Assembly (NCBI GenBank): GCA_963805095.1
Contig: CAWDSW010000004.1
Coordinates: 201,342-265,341 of the forward strand
Direction of reading: 5' to 3'
Source of the DNA: an uncultured Solirubrobacterales bacterium
GTDB lineage: Bacteria; Actinomycetota; Thermoleophilia; Solirubrobacterales; Solirubrobacteraceae
DNA length: 64,000 nucleotides
This document shows positions 18,275 to 29,992 of the stretch, in pieces. The notes under the pieces are model-generated. The model was not told the origin of the DNA. It made no database searches and saw nothing but the letters and a program-made list of their open reading frames with translations. Position numbers and translations under genes: made by a program. Positions within the stretch are counted from its first letter, which is position 1; the number at the start of each line of letters is the position of its first letter.

Positions 18275-19363
18275 ATGGAAAGCGGCAGTTACCTAGCAGT
18301 TATCAAGGTCGTCGGTGTCGGCGGTGCTGGGACCAACGCCGTCAATCGCATGGTCGATGCAGGCCTTCGTGGTGTCGAGTTCGTCGCCGCGAACACCGAC
18401 GCACAGGCGTTGCAGATGTGCGACGCCGATATCAAGCTGAACATCGGACACGAACTGACCAAAGGCCTCGGTGCGGGCGCGAACCCCGACGTTGGCCAGG
18501 GCGCGGCGGCTGAGTCGCGCGACGACATCAAGGAGGCGTTGAAAGGCGCCGACATGGTCTTCGTGACCGCGGGTGAGGGCGGTGGCACCGGCACCGGCGC
18601 CGCGCCGGTGATCGCCGACATCGCCAAGAACGAGATCGGCGCTCTCACCGTCGGCGTCGTCACCCGGCCCTTCAACTTCGAAGGCGCGCAGCGCGGTCGT
18701 CAGGCGCAGGAAGGCATCGAGAAGCTCCGCGAGTTCGTCGACACGCTGATCGTGATCCCCAATGAGAAGCTGCTCGCGATCGTCGAGCGCCGCACGACCA
18801 TCCTCGAGGCGTTCAAGGAGGCGGATAACGTCCTTCGCCAGGGGGTTCAGGGGATTACCGACCTGATCACGATCCCAGGCCTGATCAACCTCGACTTCGC
18901 CGATGTGCGCACGATCATGACCAACGCGGGTTCGGCGCTGATGGGAATCGGCACCTCGAGCGGCGAGAACCGCGCCGGCGAGGCCGCCAAGACAGCGATC
19001 TCCTCGCCGCTGCTCGAGGAATCGGTCGAGGGCGCCACAGGAATCCTCCTGAACATCACCGGGGGACACGACCTCGGCCTGTTCGAGGTCAACGAGGCGG
19101 CGGAGATCGTCCAGAGCGCGGCCGACTCCAACTCGAACATCATCTTTGGGGCGGTGATCGACGATGGGATGCAGGACGAGGTTCGCGTCACCGTGATCGC
19201 CACGGGCTTCGACCGTGGGCGTGCCACCCGCGGCGCCGGCACCACGTCGAGAGGTTCGCGTGGCCGTCGCGACCGCGAGGTCACGTTTGACGACCGGCAG
19301 CGGACCTCACTCGAGATCCGGGATGATGAGATCGACATCCCGGCCTTTCTCAAGGACCGCTGA
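18275..19363 (+). CDS. ftsZ: Cell division protein FtsZ
   Basis: [24 protein letters not shown] tubulin signature, INLDFADV, C-terminal IDIPAFLK. Confidence 0.99.
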   Translation: MESGSYLAVIKVVGVGGAGTNAVNRMVDAGLRGVEFVAANTDAQALQMCDADIKLNIGHELTKGLGAGANPDVGQGAAAESRDDIKEALKGADMVFVTAGEGGGTGTGAAPVIADIAKNEIGALTVGVVTRPFNFEGAQRGRQAQEGIEKLREFVDTLIVIPNEKLLAIVERRTTILEAFKEADNVLRQGVQGITDLITIPGLINLDFADVRTIMTNAGSALMGIGTSSGENRAGEAAKTAISSPLLEESVEGATGILLNITGGHDLGLFEVNEAAEIVQSAADSNSNIIFGAVIDDGMQDEVRVTVIATGFDRGRATRGAGTTSRGSRGRRDREVTFDDRQRTSLEIRDDEIDIPAFLKDR

Positions 19364-19486
19364 CCAACACTCCTCCACGGTCCTGGCGCAACCGCGAGGG
19401 CGTACGTTGGTTGTAGTGTCCTGACGCCCAGCGTTTCTGGGTCTGGACACACTAGGACTGTTGGCACTGCTGGCGAAGGAGGTCAG

Positions 19487-21523
19487 GTGAGGTCAGCCAC
19501 TCGCCGCCCAGCGGCGCCATCGATCGTCCGGCCGGCGGTCATGTTTGCATCGCTCGCGTCGCTGGCGGGGCTCCTGACAGCGGCTCCCGCGTCGGCTGCG
19601 CCGTCGGCGATGCCGGCACGGGTGGTGGTGGCCCCAAGCGGCGCGCTCGACTCTCTCAACGGACTCTCGATCGCCGATGACGGCAGCGGCGGGATGGTCT
19701 TCCTGGAGACGGTCGCCGGAGTTCCGCACGTGTTCGTCTCACGGCTCGAACACGGTGCCTGGCAGCCGGCGGAGCAGGTCGACGCGGGGCTCAGCGCGGC
19801 GTCCTCGCAGCCGCAGATCACCGCGCATAACCACGGAGAGCTCGTCGTCGCATTCATCAACTCGGGCGCGTTGTACGTCAACACGGTGCGACATCGAAAG
19901 CAGCCGTTCTCGACGCCCCAGGAGCTGGCGACCGGCGCGTCCAACCCGACGGTGTCGATCAACGGCTATGGAGTCGGCTACCTCGCGTACACGGCCCAGG
20001 ACGGCGCGGGCTACGACGTCGACGTCGATTACTACGATGGCAAGACCTGGCACCCGGCGAGCCCGCACGATGTCAACGTCACCGCCGCCGACGACGCGGG
20101 CACTGGCGCGGGGACTCCCGACGTGGTCGCGGCCGGGGACGGCGTCGGAATCGTCACCTGGGGCGAGAACGGTCACGTCTACTCCCGTAGGGTCTGGGGC
20201 ACCGCGACCAGCGTCCAGATCCAGCAGCTCGACCCACCCAGCGTGGCCGTAGGCTGGTCTGAGGTGACGGCTGGCAGTCCGCGGATCTCGGTCGGCGGCG
20301 ACTCCTCCTACCCGGTCGTGGCGTTCGCGGAGCAGGTCACCTCCGCGGGTCAGGTTCAGTCGCGCGTGGTGGCCACGAGGCTGGTCGCCGAGACCGCCTG
20401 GTCCCCGGTCGCGGTCGACGCTCTTGTCGCCGGCACCGACAATGCGAGCCAGCCTCAGGTGGCGTTCGGGGAGTCCGGCTCCGGATTCGTGACCGCCGCC
20501 ACCAGTGCCACCAACCAGTTGGTCGCGACCCCGGTCGCCGCCAACGGCTACCTGGAAACGCCCGCCCTGCTCGCCCCGGGTGGCGGCGCCGCCCCGGCGT
20601 ACGCGGTTCCTGCCAGCGCGGGCCGCGGGGCAGTGATCGCCTGGCAGGAGACGCCAGCTGCGGGAAGTGCGCAGATCGTGGTCAGCTGGGCCCCTAAGGG
20701 AGCCCAGGGGGGCCGTCCCCGTCCGCCAGTCGGTGTCTCGGCGGCGGCGAGTGGGCCTACCGACGCCGCCCTGGGGCTGTTCGCCAGCGGCGACGACAAC
20801 GGTGACGCGGCCGTCGCCTGGGTGCAGGGTACGCCCGGAGCATTGTCGATTGAGGCGGCTGAGTTGGTCGCTCGCCCCGGCAGCACTGCTGGTCGTCGGC
20901 CCCTTTTCTATACCGATCGTCGGACCCCGACGCTCAGCTGGCCGGCGGCGCTCGAGAGCTGGGGACCCTTGAGCTACACGATCAGCGTCGATGGCTCGGT
21001 CGTTGGCGAGACCCGACGGCTCAGCTGGAAGCTGGCCAAACCACTGCGGGACGGCCGCCACGTGTGGTGGTTGACCGCCACCAACGAGGTCTCGAAGGCC
21101 ACGACAGGATCCCCGCAGACGGTGTTCGTCGACACCCATCCGCCGGTTCTGCACCTGCACCTGAGCGGCGGCCGCAGGGCCGGTAAAACGCTGAGATTGA
21201 CGCTGCGCTATGCGGATCTGCCCAACCCTAAGCAGCGAGGTTCAAGATCCTCGGGCGTCGCCAGGGCAAGCGTCAACTGGGGTGAGGGGCCGGTCTCGGT
21301 GAACCGGGCGAGTCGTTCACCCGTCAAGAGACATGTGCACGGCCGCCGTGTCTACTACACAGTCACCGTCACGCACGCGTACCTTCGTGATGGCCATCGC
21401 ACCGTGACCGCGACCGTCACCGACCGAGCCGGCAACGCGACCACCGTGACTCGCAGGCTCGTGATTGCGTCCGGGCCGAAGCGGAGGTCGAAATCGCACC
21501 ACAAACGCCGACAGCAAGGATGA
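19487..21523 (+). CDS. Large secreted protein (signal peptide; beta-rich repeats; Ig/PKD-like C-terminal region; basic tail)
   Basis: GGAGG RBS; hydrophobic signal ending ASA; recurring V(A/T)W/F motifs; HAYLRDGHRTVTATVTDRAGN resembles PKD/Ig ends. Confidence 0.75.
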   Translation: MRSATRRPAAPSIVRPAVMFASLASLAGLLTAAPASAAPSAMPARVVVAPSGALDSLNGLSIADDGSGGMVFLETVAGVPHVFVSRLEHGAWQPAEQVDAGLSAASSQPQITAHNHGELVVAFINSGALYVNTVRHRKQPFSTPQELATGASNPTVSINGYGVGYLAYTAQDGAGYDVDVDYYDGKTWHPASPHDVNVTAADDAGTGAGTPDVVAAGDGVGIVTWGENGHVYSRRVWGTATSVQIQQLDPPSVAVGWSEVTAGSPRISVGGDSSYPVVAFAEQVTSAGQVQSRVVATRLVAETAWSPVAVDALVAGTDNASQPQVAFGESGSGFVTAATSATNQLVATPVAANGYLETPALLAPGGGAAPAYAVPASAGRGAVIAWQETPAAGSAQIVVSWAPKGAQGGRPRPPVGVSAAASGPTDAALGLFASGDDNGDAAVAWVQGTPGALSIEAAELVARPGSTAGRRPLFYTDRRTPTLSWPAALESWGPLSYTISVDGSVVGETRRLSWKLAKPLRDGRHVWWLTATNEVSKATTGSPQTVFVDTHPPVLHLHLSGGRRAGKTLRLTLRYADLPNPKQRGSRSSGVARASVNWGEGPVSVNRASRSPVKRHVHGRRVYYTVTVTHAYLRDGHRTVTATVTDRAGNATTVTRRLVIASGPKRRSKSHHKRRQQG

Positions 21524-23502
21524 TGGCGCTGACCCAAGCACTTGGACGCGCTCGGAGTTGGGTGTGCGCGGTGTTGCTGTTCACGGCGATTGCCGCTGCG
21601 CTTGCCGCGCAGACCACGGCTCCCGCTTGGGCCGGTTCGCCGCTCACCGCAACCCCGCCCAGCAAGGGCGCGTTGACGTCCGACGGGACCTCGAACCGCT
21701 ATCTGCTCGGCGGCACTTGGCTCTATCGGCCGGATCCGGAGCGAATCGGGCTCGAGCACGGCTGGTCGCACTACCGGCTCGGCGAGCGAGGCTGGCAGCC
21801 CGTGACGATGCCCAACTCATTCAACGCAGGTGATCTGTCGGACGCGAGCCAGCTTGGCTCTGTCGGGTGGTATCGGCGTGATTTCACGCTGCCGGCCGAT
21901 GCGTTTCCCAGCTACGTGGGTAAGTCGTTTCAGCGCTGGGTCGTCCAGTTCGAGTCGGTCAACTACACAGCCACGGTCTGGCTCAATGGCCGCAAGCTCG
22001 GCAGCCATGCGGGTGCATATCTGCCCTTCGAGTTCACCATGGATCACCTCCGCGCCGGGGTCAACCAGCTGATCGTGCGCGTCAGCAATCGACTCACGGG
22101 GCGCGACTTCCCGCCCCCGTCTCAGGGGGGATGGTGGAACTTCGGCGGCATTCTCGATGCCGTCTACGTGCGACCGGTGGCCGGGTCGGAGATCGACAAC
22201 ATACGGATCCGCACTGGACTGAAGTGCCCCACGTGTAATGCGTCAATTCACGAACAGGCGACAATCCGAAACCTTTCCAGCAAGCCCGAGGCCGTCTCGC
22301 TCACCGGTCACTACGGCAGCGCCCGGCTCAGGTTTGGGCGTAGGACCATCAAGCCCGGTGGCACCTGGACGCCACGTGCCAGCGTCGTCGTCGCTGATCC
22401 CCATCTGTGGGCACCGGGGAGTCCCTACCTGTATCCGGCGACCTTCACCCTCGCCAACTCCAGAGGCAGGAAGATCGGGGGCTACAGGTTTCAGAGTGGC
22501 ATCAGGCAGATCAGCGTCGTCGACGGCCAGATCTACCTAAACGGCAGACAGCTGCACCTGCGGGGGGTCAATCTCCACGAGCAAACCGTCAAGACCGGTG
22601 CGGCGCTGACGATTGCTCAGGAGCGCCAGTACATCAGCTGGTTCCAGCAGCTCGGCGCGACCATCGTCCGCGCCCACTATCCGCTCAACCCTGAGCTCGA
22701 GCAGATGGCCGACGAGGCTGGGATCCTGCTTTGGTCGGAAGTACCCATCTACGAGTCGAAGCCCGTCTACCAGGCGAAGCCCGCTTGGCGCAAGCGCGCC
22801 GTTTCGCTGGTCGGAGCCGACATTCGCGCCAACCAGAGCCACCCATCGATCCTCGTCTGGAGCATCGGTAACGAGCTTGGCAGTCCCCCGAGCACGGGGC
22901 AGGCCGACTACATCCGGAAGGCGGCGGCAGCCGCCAACAGGCTCGACCCGACCCGTCCGGTCGGGATGTCGATCTCCGATTGGCCAGGGCTTGGCTGCCA
23001 GCCGGCTTACGCTCCACTGCAGATAATCGGAGTCAATGAGTACTTCGGCTGGTTCGATATCGACGGCACCACCGAGGATCGCGCTGCGCTCGGCCCATTC
23101 ATGCGTACTGTCCGCGCCTGCTACCCGAACCAAGCGATTTTCGTCACCGAGTTCGGGTTCGGCGGTAACCGCAACGGGCCCGTCGAAGTCCGCGGGACCT
23201 ACCTCTACCAGATCAACTCGCTTCAGTATCACGTCGGCGTCTTCAACGCTCTGCCGTGGCTCTCGGGGGCGATCTACTTCCCGATCCAGGATTTCGCCGC
23301 GCGCCCCGACTTCGCCGGAGGTGACCCGCTCGGCACGCCGCCGTGGGTCGACAAGGGGGTACTCGATCAGTACGGCAACGCGAAGCCGTCCTTCGCGGTG
23401 ATGGCGTCTCTCTACAAGGGCTTCGAGCAGATCGGCCCGGTCGTGCTCCGGGCGCTCCGCGAGCCGACCAAGCCGGTGCCGGCTCCGCGCAAAGCGACAT
23501 AG
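21520..23502 (+). CDS. Secreted glycoside hydrolase family 2 (beta-glucuronidase/galactosidase-like)
   Basis: VGWYRRDF, FESVNY, LNGRQLHLRGVNLHE, RAHYP, WSIGNE (acid/base), VTEFG (nucleophile); N-terminal signal peptide. Confidence 0.9.
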   Translation: MMALTQALGRARSWVCAVLLFTAIAAALAAQTTAPAWAGSPLTATPPSKGALTSDGTSNRYLLGGTWLYRPDPERIGLEHGWSHYRLGERGWQPVTMPNSFNAGDLSDASQLGSVGWYRRDFTLPADAFPSYVGKSFQRWVVQFESVNYTATVWLNGRKLGSHAGAYLPFEFTMDHLRAGVNQLIVRVSNRLTGRDFPPPSQGGWWNFGGILDAVYVRPVAGSEIDNIRIRTGLKCPTCNASIHEQATIRNLSSKPEAVSLTGHYGSARLRFGRRTIKPGGTWTPRASVVVADPHLWAPGSPYLYPATFTLANSRGRKIGGYRFQSGIRQISVVDGQIYLNGRQLHLRGVNLHEQTVKTGAALTIAQERQYISWFQQLGATIVRAHYPLNPELEQMADEAGILLWSEVPIYESKPVYQAKPAWRKRAVSLVGADIRANQSHPSILVWSIGNELGSPPSTGQADYIRKAAAAANRLDPTRPVGMSISDWPGLGCQPAYAPLQIIGVNEYFGWFDIDGTTEDRAALGPFMRTVRACYPNQAIFVTEFGFGGNRNGPVEVRGTYLYQINSLQYHVGVFNALPWLSGAIYFPIQDFAARPDFAGGDPLGTPPWVDKGVLDQYGNAKPSFAVMASLYKGFEQIGPVVLRALREPTKPVPAPRKAT

Positions 23503-23526
23503 CCCCCGGGGGTTTTCTCGGCGGGG

Positions 23527-23554
23527 CCGTCGGCGGCCACGTGGCCGCCGACGG
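23527..23554. repeat. Perfect 28-bp palindrome, REP-like copy 2
   Basis: CCGTCGGCGGCCACGTGGCCGCCGACGG equals its own reverse complement. Confidence 0.8.
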
Positions 23555-23600
23555 TGGACCCCAGGGATTTTTCCACCCTCTACCGCTGTAGCCTGGAAGT

Positions 23601-24710
23601 GTGACTGTCGACCGAGCCCAGGACCTCCGCGTTACTCCCCTGCGCGACGCGCACCTCGCCGCAGGGGCGAAGCTGGTGCCGTTCGCCGGCTGGGAAATGC
23701 CGCTGCAGTACTCCGGCATCCGCGAGGAACACATCGCCGTCCGGACCGGCGTCGGCGTTTTCGATGTCTCCCACATGGGCCAGGTTCTGACCTGCGGATC
23801 GCAGGCGCTGGCGCGGCTCCAGCGCCTGCTCTCAAACGACGTCCGCAAGATTCCGGAGGGTGGCGCCCAGTACAGCGTCCTGTGCAACGAGCAGGGGGGC
23901 GTGCTCGACGATCTATTCACCTACCGGCTCGCCGACTGTGAGTTCCTGACGATCACCAACGCGGCCAACCACGAACGCGACCTGGACTGGATGCGGCGGC
24001 ACGGCGAGGAGTACGACGCCGACGTGCTCGACCGCAGGGACAACTTCGCGATGCTCGCGGTACAGGGTCCGGCTGCTAGACAACTCGTCGGTGGGATCAG
24101 CGACGGGCGCCTGCCCGGGCGCTTCCACTGCTGTCAGCGCGTTGTCGCCGGGGCGCCGGCGCTGGTCTGCGGCACCGGCTATACCGGCGAGGACGGGGTC
24201 GAGCTGCTGCTCGCGGCGCAGGACGGCGAACAGGTCTGGCAGGCGCTGCTCGGTGCGGGCGCGACTCCCGCCGGCCTCGGCGCCCGCGACACGCTGCGGC
24301 TCGAGGCGTGCTTCCACCTGTACGGCAACGACCTCTCGGAGGACCGCGACCCGATCGGCGCGGGGCTCGGCTGGTGCTGCGTCGAGGAGACGGGATTCAT
24401 CGGAGCGGACGCCGTGTCCGCTGTCCGGGCCAGCAAGCCCGGGCAGCGGCTCATACCGTTCGTGATCGACGGCCCCGGGATTGCGCGTCAGGGAAACCCG
24501 GTTTTGCCCCCGCCCACCCACCCCGAAGACACCGGCGGTGAGGTGACCAGCGGCAGCTACTCCCCGTGCCTCGAGCGCGGCATCGGGATGGCGTACGTTT
24601 CCCGGGAGCGCGCCCGGCTGGGCACGCGCTTCCAGATCGACGTGCGCGGCACGATCCGTGAGGCAGTGGTCGCGCGCAAGCCCCTGTATCGAAAGGACGG
24701 CGATGGCTGA
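23601..24710 (+). CDS. gcvT: Glycine cleavage T protein (aminomethyltransferase)
   Basis: PFAGWEMPLQY, FDVSHMG, TGYTGEDGVE, GLGARDTLRLEA. Confidence 0.96.
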   Translation: MTVDRAQDLRVTPLRDAHLAAGAKLVPFAGWEMPLQYSGIREEHIAVRTGVGVFDVSHMGQVLTCGSQALARLQRLLSNDVRKIPEGGAQYSVLCNEQGGVLDDLFTYRLADCEFLTITNAANHERDLDWMRRHGEEYDADVLDRRDNFAMLAVQGPAARQLVGGISDGRLPGRFHCCQRVVAGAPALVCGTGYTGEDGVELLLAAQDGEQVWQALLGAGATPAGLGARDTLRLEACFHLYGNDLSEDRDPIGAGLGWCCVEETGFIGADAVSAVRASKPGQRLIPFVIDGPGIARQGNPVLPPPTHPEDTGGEVTSGSYSPCLERGIGMAYVSRERARLGTRFQIDVRGTIREAVVARKPLYRKDGDG

Positions 24711-25098
24711 CGCGAGCTACCCGGACGAGCTCAAGTACCACCCCGAGCACGACTGGGCCAGGATTGATCCCGCCCATCCGGACGAGGCGACGTTCGGAAT
24801 CACCTGGTACGCCCAGGACTCGCTCGGCGAGGTCGTGTTCTTCGAGGCACCGGCCGTCGGCACCGCTGTGACCAAGGACGAGAGCTATACCGAGGTCGAG
24901 TCGGTCAAGGCGGTATCCGACGTGATCGCGCCGCTGTCCGGCGAGGTGATCGCCGTCAATGAAGAGCTGAAAGCGAGCCCCGAGACGATCAACGAGGACC
25001 CCTACGGCGCGGGTTGGCTGGTTCGGGTGAAGCTGACAGACCCCGGCGAGGTGGACAGCCTGCTCGACGCAGATGGATATCGGGATAGCCTCGACTAG
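24703..25098 (+). CDS. gcvH: Glycine cleavage H protein
   Basis: GITWYAQDSLGEVVF, VESVKAVSD lipoyl-Lys motif, INEDPYGAGWL. Confidence 0.96.
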   Translation: MADASYPDELKYHPEHDWARIDPAHPDEATFGITWYAQDSLGEVVFFEAPAVGTAVTKDESYTEVESVKAVSDVIAPLSGEVIAVNEELKASPETINEDPYGAGWLVRVKLTDPGEVDSLLDADGYRDSLD

Positions 25099-25152
25099 CA
25101 CCATCCTGTAACCGCAATGCACGACTCACGAAAATAGGAGCGCGGAGGTCAT

Positions 25153-26480
<1,328 letters not shown>

Positions 26481-26484
<4 letters not shown>

Positions 26485-28031
26485 GCGCCACGGGCCGGAC
26501 GCGTCCGCGGTCGTTCCTGCAGGCCGCCGACGACGAGCTGACGATCTTCGAGCGCTCGCGAGCCGGAAGGAGGGCGTTCACGCCGCCTCCTCTGGACGTC
26601 CCCGATCGGGATATCGATGACCTGCTCCCTGCAGACCTGCGCAGGATCGATCCGCCGAGGCTGCCAGAGGTCTCAGAGCCCGAGATCGTCCGCCACTTCA
26701 ACCGCCTGTCAAAGCGCAACTTCGACCTGGATACCGGCTTCTACCCGCTCGGCTCGTGCACGATGAAGCACAACCCGAAGCTGCACGAACGGGTTGCGGC
26801 ACTGCCCGGACACGCGCGGCTGCACCCGCTGCAGAGCCCCGAGCAGTCGCAGGGAGCGCTCGAGCTGATGTGGCGGCTGCAGGGAGCGCTGGCGGAGATC
26901 TCGGGGCTTCCGCATGTATCGCTGCAGCCGAGCGCCGGCTCCCACGGAGAGCTCGCCGGGGTGCTGCTGACGCGCGCGTTTCACGAAGACCGCGGCGAGC
27001 ATCGGACCAAGGTTCTGACGCCGGACTCCGCCCACGGGACCAATCCGGCGACCGTGACGATGGGGGGCTACGAGGTCGTCAAGGTCGGGACGGACGAGCG
27101 TGGCAACGTCGACCTGGACGACCTCCGGACCAAGGCCACCGACGATGTCGCCTGCCTGATGCTGACCAACCCGTCGACGCTCGGACTGTTCGAGCCCGGA
27201 ATCGAGGAGATCGCCCAGATCGTGCACGGCGTCGGCGCCACTCTCTACTACGACGGCGCCAACCTCAACGCGATCATGGGCATCTGCCGGCCGGGCGACA
27301 TGGGTTTCGACATCGTCCACTTCAACCTTCACAAATCCTTCACCCAGCCCCACGGCGGCGGCGGCCCCGGCGCCGGTCCGATCGCCGTCTCCGAGCGGAT
27401 CGAGCCGTTCCTGCCGCGACCCCAGGTGGTACGGCGGACGACCGACCGCGGCGGCAACGGAGCCGCCGGTGGGGAGTCCTTCTACGACCTCGACTACGAG
27501 CGGCCGAAGTCGATCGGGCGGCTGCGCGGCTTCCAGGGGAACTTCGGGGTGTTCGTGCGCTCCTATGCGTACATCCGGTCGCTCGGCGCGCCGGGGTTGA
27601 AGGAGGCCGCGGAAGTCGCCGTGCTGAATGCCAACTACCTGCTGGCGAGGCTGCGTAGGGAGGGAGTCCTCGAGTACCTGCCGGTCGCGTACGAGCGGAT
27701 TTGCATGCATGAGTTCGTCCTCTCCGGCGGCCCGATGAAGCAGCAGCTCGGGATCAAGACGCTCGACCTCGCCAAGCGTCTGCTCGATCACGGAGTGCAC
27801 CCGCCGACGGTCTACTTCCCGCTAATTGTCGACGAGTCACTGCTGGTTGAACCGACCGAGACCGAGACCAGGGAGACCCTGGAACGTTTCGCCGAGATCG
27901 TCGCCGAGGTCCTGCGGGAAGCTGAGGAGGACCCCGAGATCGCGCGCGCGGCGCCGTACACGACACCCGTGCGGCGGCTCGACGAGGCCGCCGCCGCCCG
28001 CCATCCGATCGTACGTCAACAGCTCTCGTAG
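26481..28031 (+). CDS. gcvPB: Glycine dehydrogenase subunit 2
   Basis: YPLGSCTMKHNP, SAHGTNPAT, HFNLHKSFTQPHGGGGPG, EPTETE. Confidence 0.96.
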
Positions 28032-28043
28032 TCGTTCCGGAGC

Positions 28044-29174
28044 GTGGACCAAGCGATCTCCCAGAGAGCGGCTGAGCTCGCTCCGCGCGCCCTCGCCGAA
28101 CTGGAGCAGCTGGTCGGCATTTCGACCCCGTTTGGCGACGTCGCCGCGGCTGAGCGGGCCTTCGAGCTCTGCCGCAGCGTGCTCCCAGCCGCCTCGACGT
28201 TCGAGCGCCCGCCGTGCTCTACGGACGGCTGCGCGCCCGACCTGATCGCCCGGATCCCCGGCAGCGGCTCCAGCCGTCTGCTGCTCTTGGGCCACGTCGA
28301 TACGGTTATCTCGCACGCGGACCACCGTCCGCTCGAACCGGACGGCGAGCGACTCTACGGCTCCGGCACGGCCGACATGAAGGGTGGCGTCGCGATCCTG
28401 CTCGCGCTCGCCAGAGAGCTCGCCACCATCCCTGCCGCTTTCAGCGAGCTGGGGGTGCTGCTCGTCTGCGATGAGGAGTGGCGGGTTGCGCCGTTCGCGC
28501 ACGTCGAGCGGTTCCCGGGTTATGACGCCTGCCTGTGTTTCGAGGCCGGTGAACGCGCTCCCGCGGGGGCGGATGGGCTGATCGTCAGGCGCAAGGGCGC
28601 GGCGACGCTGCGGGTGCGGGCGAACGGACGCGCCGCGCACTCGGGCAGCGCACCGCAGGACGGTCGCAACGCGCTGCTGGCGCTGGCTCGCACCGCGATC
28701 GCGATCACCGACACCGCCGACCCTCGCGGCCCCGACCGGCTGACGATCGTGCCGACGATCCTCCGATCCGGTGATGCGCTCAACGTCGTGCCCGCCTCGG
28801 GCGAGCTGGTCTTCGACCTCCGGGCGGATGACACCGCCGCCTTTCGTAAGCCGCTCGACGCGATCCCGTCGCAGGTCGGCGGCGCGACGCTCGAGGGTGC
28901 GCTCGAGCGCGTCTGGCCGGCGATGGACTCCGAGCAGGCGGTTGCGCCGATCCTCCTCCGCGCCTCGGAGCTGCTCGGCCGCCCCGTCGTCAGCCGGGCC
29001 CGCGGCGGCGCCAGCGACGCCAGCCACTTTGCCCTGGCGATCTCCCGCACGATCGACGGGCTCGGGCCCCGCGGTGGCGGCGCCCACACCCCCGAGGAGT
29101 TCATCCACGCCGGCTCGGTCGCCGAGCGGATCGCAATCGCCCTGGCGGTCGCGCGCGCGGCACTGTCCGATTGA
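28044..29174 (+). CDS. M20 family metallopeptidase (glutamate carboxypeptidase-like)
   Basis: LLGHVDTV, GTADMKGG, CDEE, AAHSG, GGASDA, GGGAHTPEE. Confidence 0.88.
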   Translation: MDQAISQRAAELAPRALAELEQLVGISTPFGDVAAAERAFELCRSVLPAASTFERPPCSTDGCAPDLIARIPGSGSSRLLLLGHVDTVISHADHRPLEPDGERLYGSGTADMKGGVAILLALARELATIPAAFSELGVLLVCDEEWRVAPFAHVERFPGYDACLCFEAGERAPAGADGLIVRRKGAATLRVRANGRAAHSGSAPQDGRNALLALARTAIAITDTADPRGPDRLTIVPTILRSGDALNVVPASGELVFDLRADDTAAFRKPLDAIPSQVGGATLEGALERVWPAMDSEQAVAPILLRASELLGRPVVSRARGGASDASHFALAISRTIDGLGPRGGGAHTPEEFIHAGSVAERIAIALAVARAALSD

Positions 29175-29917
29175 GCGGGGCGTCGGGACCGCGCAGGGTC
29201 TCTTACAGCGCCACCGCAGGCCCGCTGCGCCAAACTGTGAGGGTGAGCGATTGGCTAGGACTCGGCGATCGGCCGCGTGACCGCGAGGCGCGGCTGCGAG
29301 ACGCGGGCCAGGGGATGCTCCTGCTGGCCGCGATCGTCGTATTCATGTGGCTGGTCGAATCGATCAACTCGATCGACTCAGACCGGCTCGACGCCGACGG
29401 CATCTATGCCCGCAACGTCTCGCGATTCTGGGGGATCATCACCTCGCCGTTCATTCACGCGAGCTTCCAGCACCTGCTCGACAACACGATCCCGTTCGTC
29501 TTCCTCGGGGTGATCATCGCGATGCGGGGAGCGGCCCGGCTGGCGATCGTCACCGGCTTCGTGATCGTGATCGGCGGCCTCGGAACCTGGCTGATATCGC
29601 CATCGGCCAACCACCTCGACACGATCGGCGCCTCCGGGGTCGTCTTCGGCTATGCCACCTATCTGCTGACGCGCGGGTTCTTCGACCGCAGCATCCTGGA
29701 GCTGTTGATCGGGGCCGTCGTCGGGGTGATCTGGGGCGCCGTGCTGCTCGCGAGCCTGGTGCCGCATCAGGGGGTCTCCTGGCAGGCGCACCTCTGCGGT
29801 GCCATCGCCGGCGTGATCGTCGCGTGGCGCCTCTCCCGTTACGATCGCCAGCCGGGCCGCAGGCGCTCGCACGTGGCTGACCCAGTCGCGCCCGAGCCGG
29901 CGCGTGCGGGTGGCTGA
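29171..29917 (+). CDS. Rhomboid family intramembrane serine protease (true start may be ~29243)
   Basis: HASFQHLLDN, IGASGVVFG (catalytic Ser), SWQAHLCG (catalytic His); multi-TM. Confidence 0.9.
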   Translation: MSGASGPRRVSYSATAGPLRQTVRVSDWLGLGDRPRDREARLRDAGQGMLLLAAIVVFMWLVESINSIDSDRLDADGIYARNVSRFWGIITSPFIHASFQHLLDNTIPFVFLGVIIAMRGAARLAIVTGFVIVIGGLGTWLISPSANHLDTIGASGVVFGYATYLLTRGFFDRSILELLIGAVVGVIWGAVLLASLVPHQGVSWQAHLCGAIAGVIVAWRLSRYDRQPGRRRSHVADPVAPEPARAGG

Positions 29918-29932
29918 CGGCGTCGCACGTCG

Positions 29933-29977
29933 GATGGTTGATTCTCCGGCCTCAACGCGGCCGCGGAATCAACCATC
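29933..29977. terminator. Inverted repeat between rhomboid and trpS (terminator or operator)
   Basis: GATGGTTGATTC / GAATCAACCATC 12-bp perfect arms with an inner GC stem; abuts the TAGCCT -10 of trpS. Confidence 0.5.
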
Positions 29978-29992
29978 TAGCCTGCCCGCAGC

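Noticed and set aside
23503-23600. Glycine riboswitch upstream of gcvT
   Set aside because: The spacer is only ~98 bp, is occupied by a palindrome and has no GGAGA...CCGAAG...CTCTCAGG aptamer motifs.
29918-29992. T-box or Trp leader upstream of trpS
   Set aside because: Too short; no GGTGGNACCGCG T-box and no Trp-rich uORF.
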